Assembly (NCBI GenBank): GCA_051313645.2
Contig: JBNRSN020000007.1
Coordinates: forward strand, 133,486,001-133,550,000
Direction: 5' to 3'
DNA: 64,000 bases
Origin: Centroscyllium fabricii
Lineage: Eukaryota
The stretch's first letter is position 1. Each line of letters begins with the position of its first letter. Both the position numbers and the translations under genes were made by a program. The notes beneath the pieces were generated by a model, which had not been told where the DNA came from, made no database searches, and worked only from the letters and a program-made list of their open reading frames with translations. Below are positions 62,589 to 64,000 of the stretch, one piece after another.

Positions 62589-63333
62589 GTAAGAAGTCAC
62601 ACACCACCAGGTTATAGTCCAACAGTTTTATTTGAAATCACAAGCTTTCGGAGCGCAGCTCCTTCATCAGGTGCATGTAAAGAGATTCATTTAAACACAG
62701 CATATATATATATATATATATATATAGAGGGAGAGAACAATGTAGTCTCTCCAACTGTTCAACATCACACCTCAGCAGAGAGACATCAAAGCAATCAAAG
62801 GTGTTCTAACATATCAGTCAGGCATCAGCCAAGTTCCGTACCCATGAGCACGGCCTCAACCATGATATTGGCTTCATGTCGCACTACATGTGACACTGCC
62901 TGATGTAGAGTCATCCAGACTCGAGTCGTCTTTGGCTTGTTCTCACCACGCTGATACGGCTGCGATTTCCAGTAAGAAAAATCCTTTTTTTTAAAATCAT
63001 TCTGTGGGTTTTCACACAGACACCAGACTGCAACATTTGACCCTTTGTGACTGCACCTCATTGATCTCAGGCTGATGCCTGACTGATATGTTAGAACACC
63101 TTTGATTGCTTTGATGTCTCTCTGCTGAGGTGTGATGTTGAACAGTTGGAGAGACTACATTGTTCTCTCCCTCTTTCTATGCTGATTTTAAATTAATCTC
63201 TTTACATGCACCTGATGAAGGAGCAATGCTCCGAAAGCTTGTGATTTCAAATAAAACTGTAGGACTATAACCTGGTGTTGTGTGACTTCTTACAATTGTC
63301 CACCCCAGTCCAACACCGGCACCTCCACATCAT
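62589..63333 (+). mobile_element. 5'-truncated Penelope-like element with inverted 5' terminal repeat
   Basis: ORF C-terminus AKFRTHEHGLNHDIGFMSHYM* (~62828-62893); inverted repeats 62588-62830 / 63070-63294; 39-bp 3' extension; TSD-like GATTTTATGTAA (62581-62592, 63334-63345); two hammerhead motifs. Confidence 0.85.
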
Positions 63334-64000
63334 GATTTTATGTAATATTGCACCTTTTGTAGAGTTAGACTTCCTTGTAATGGAGGTACAATAAAGGAGG
63401 GTGGCCATATTTGGGGAGAAGAAGTCTGCTGGCAGTAGGAAGAAGGTGAAAATAAACATGCTCCTCAATTGTGCATGTATTTCTTTTTGGAAAGTTTTGA
63501 AAGTGTTGCCTCTTGCAAAGATGGCATTTGTCACTTCCAATTATATGTGCACAGTGCAAACGGCCTGATGTGACAGATGTCCCTTGTAATAGCTTAGAAG
63601 GATTCATCATGGTTGCTTCATGATATGGTAAATGCCTCTTCAACAGGAAGAATCATCCATGTTCCACTTGTTGTCTGGAGTTCATCCTGAACCAATGGTA
63701 CAACATTGTGAGAACTTGTCTTATGAGGACAGGTCTCCTCTGATACATCCAGATTTGTGTGGCGGGATCTTTTAAGTGTGTGTTCTGGGAGTAGTGACAG
63801 GTGTGATCAAGATGCATCGGGTATATTGCACCCATATTTGTTGTCCCTTAAGGAACTCATTTACCACATCCATATCATCAAGAGTTATAGGTACCTCCCA
63901 AAGGAATTTCCATCCTCACTAATTTTTTTGGCATTATATGGCAAAAGCAACCAAGACTAATACAAGAAAGTGTTGTCAGAACCAACTAAGACATAAAGAA

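Overview
Vertebrate (cartilaginous fish/shark-like, judged from HE1-type V-SINEs, Deu-SINEs, CR1 and Penelope families) genomic window, not prokaryotic. The only host gene is the large first coding exon of protocadherin-19 (pcdh19; minus strand, ~52636-55092). Its promoter lies to the right, next to a 251-N assembly gap, and everything to the left appears to be intron. The rest is a dense, often nested, transposon landscape: CR1, L2 and other LINEs, a full-length Gypsy LTR retrotransposon (16165-21290, 5-bp TSD), three solo LTRs, Harbinger-like and Tc1/mariner-like MITEs, several SINE families, Penelope-like elements and mini/satellites. Most notable: (1) the Gypsy element has no tRNA primer-binding site but a perfect 13-nt complement of its own LTR poly(A)-signal segment (self-priming candidate), plus a YLDN RT motif; (2) six minimal hammerhead-ribozyme motifs in Penelope-like termini, two in the pcdh19 pre-mRNA sense; (3) a 3-kb 22-bp satellite enclosed by ~105-bp inverted repeats; (4) a SINE tail-swap whose LINE partner is in the window; (5) pcdh19 lacks an intron I recall in human. 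Family names come from recalled motifs, not database searches, and coordinates were counted by hand.
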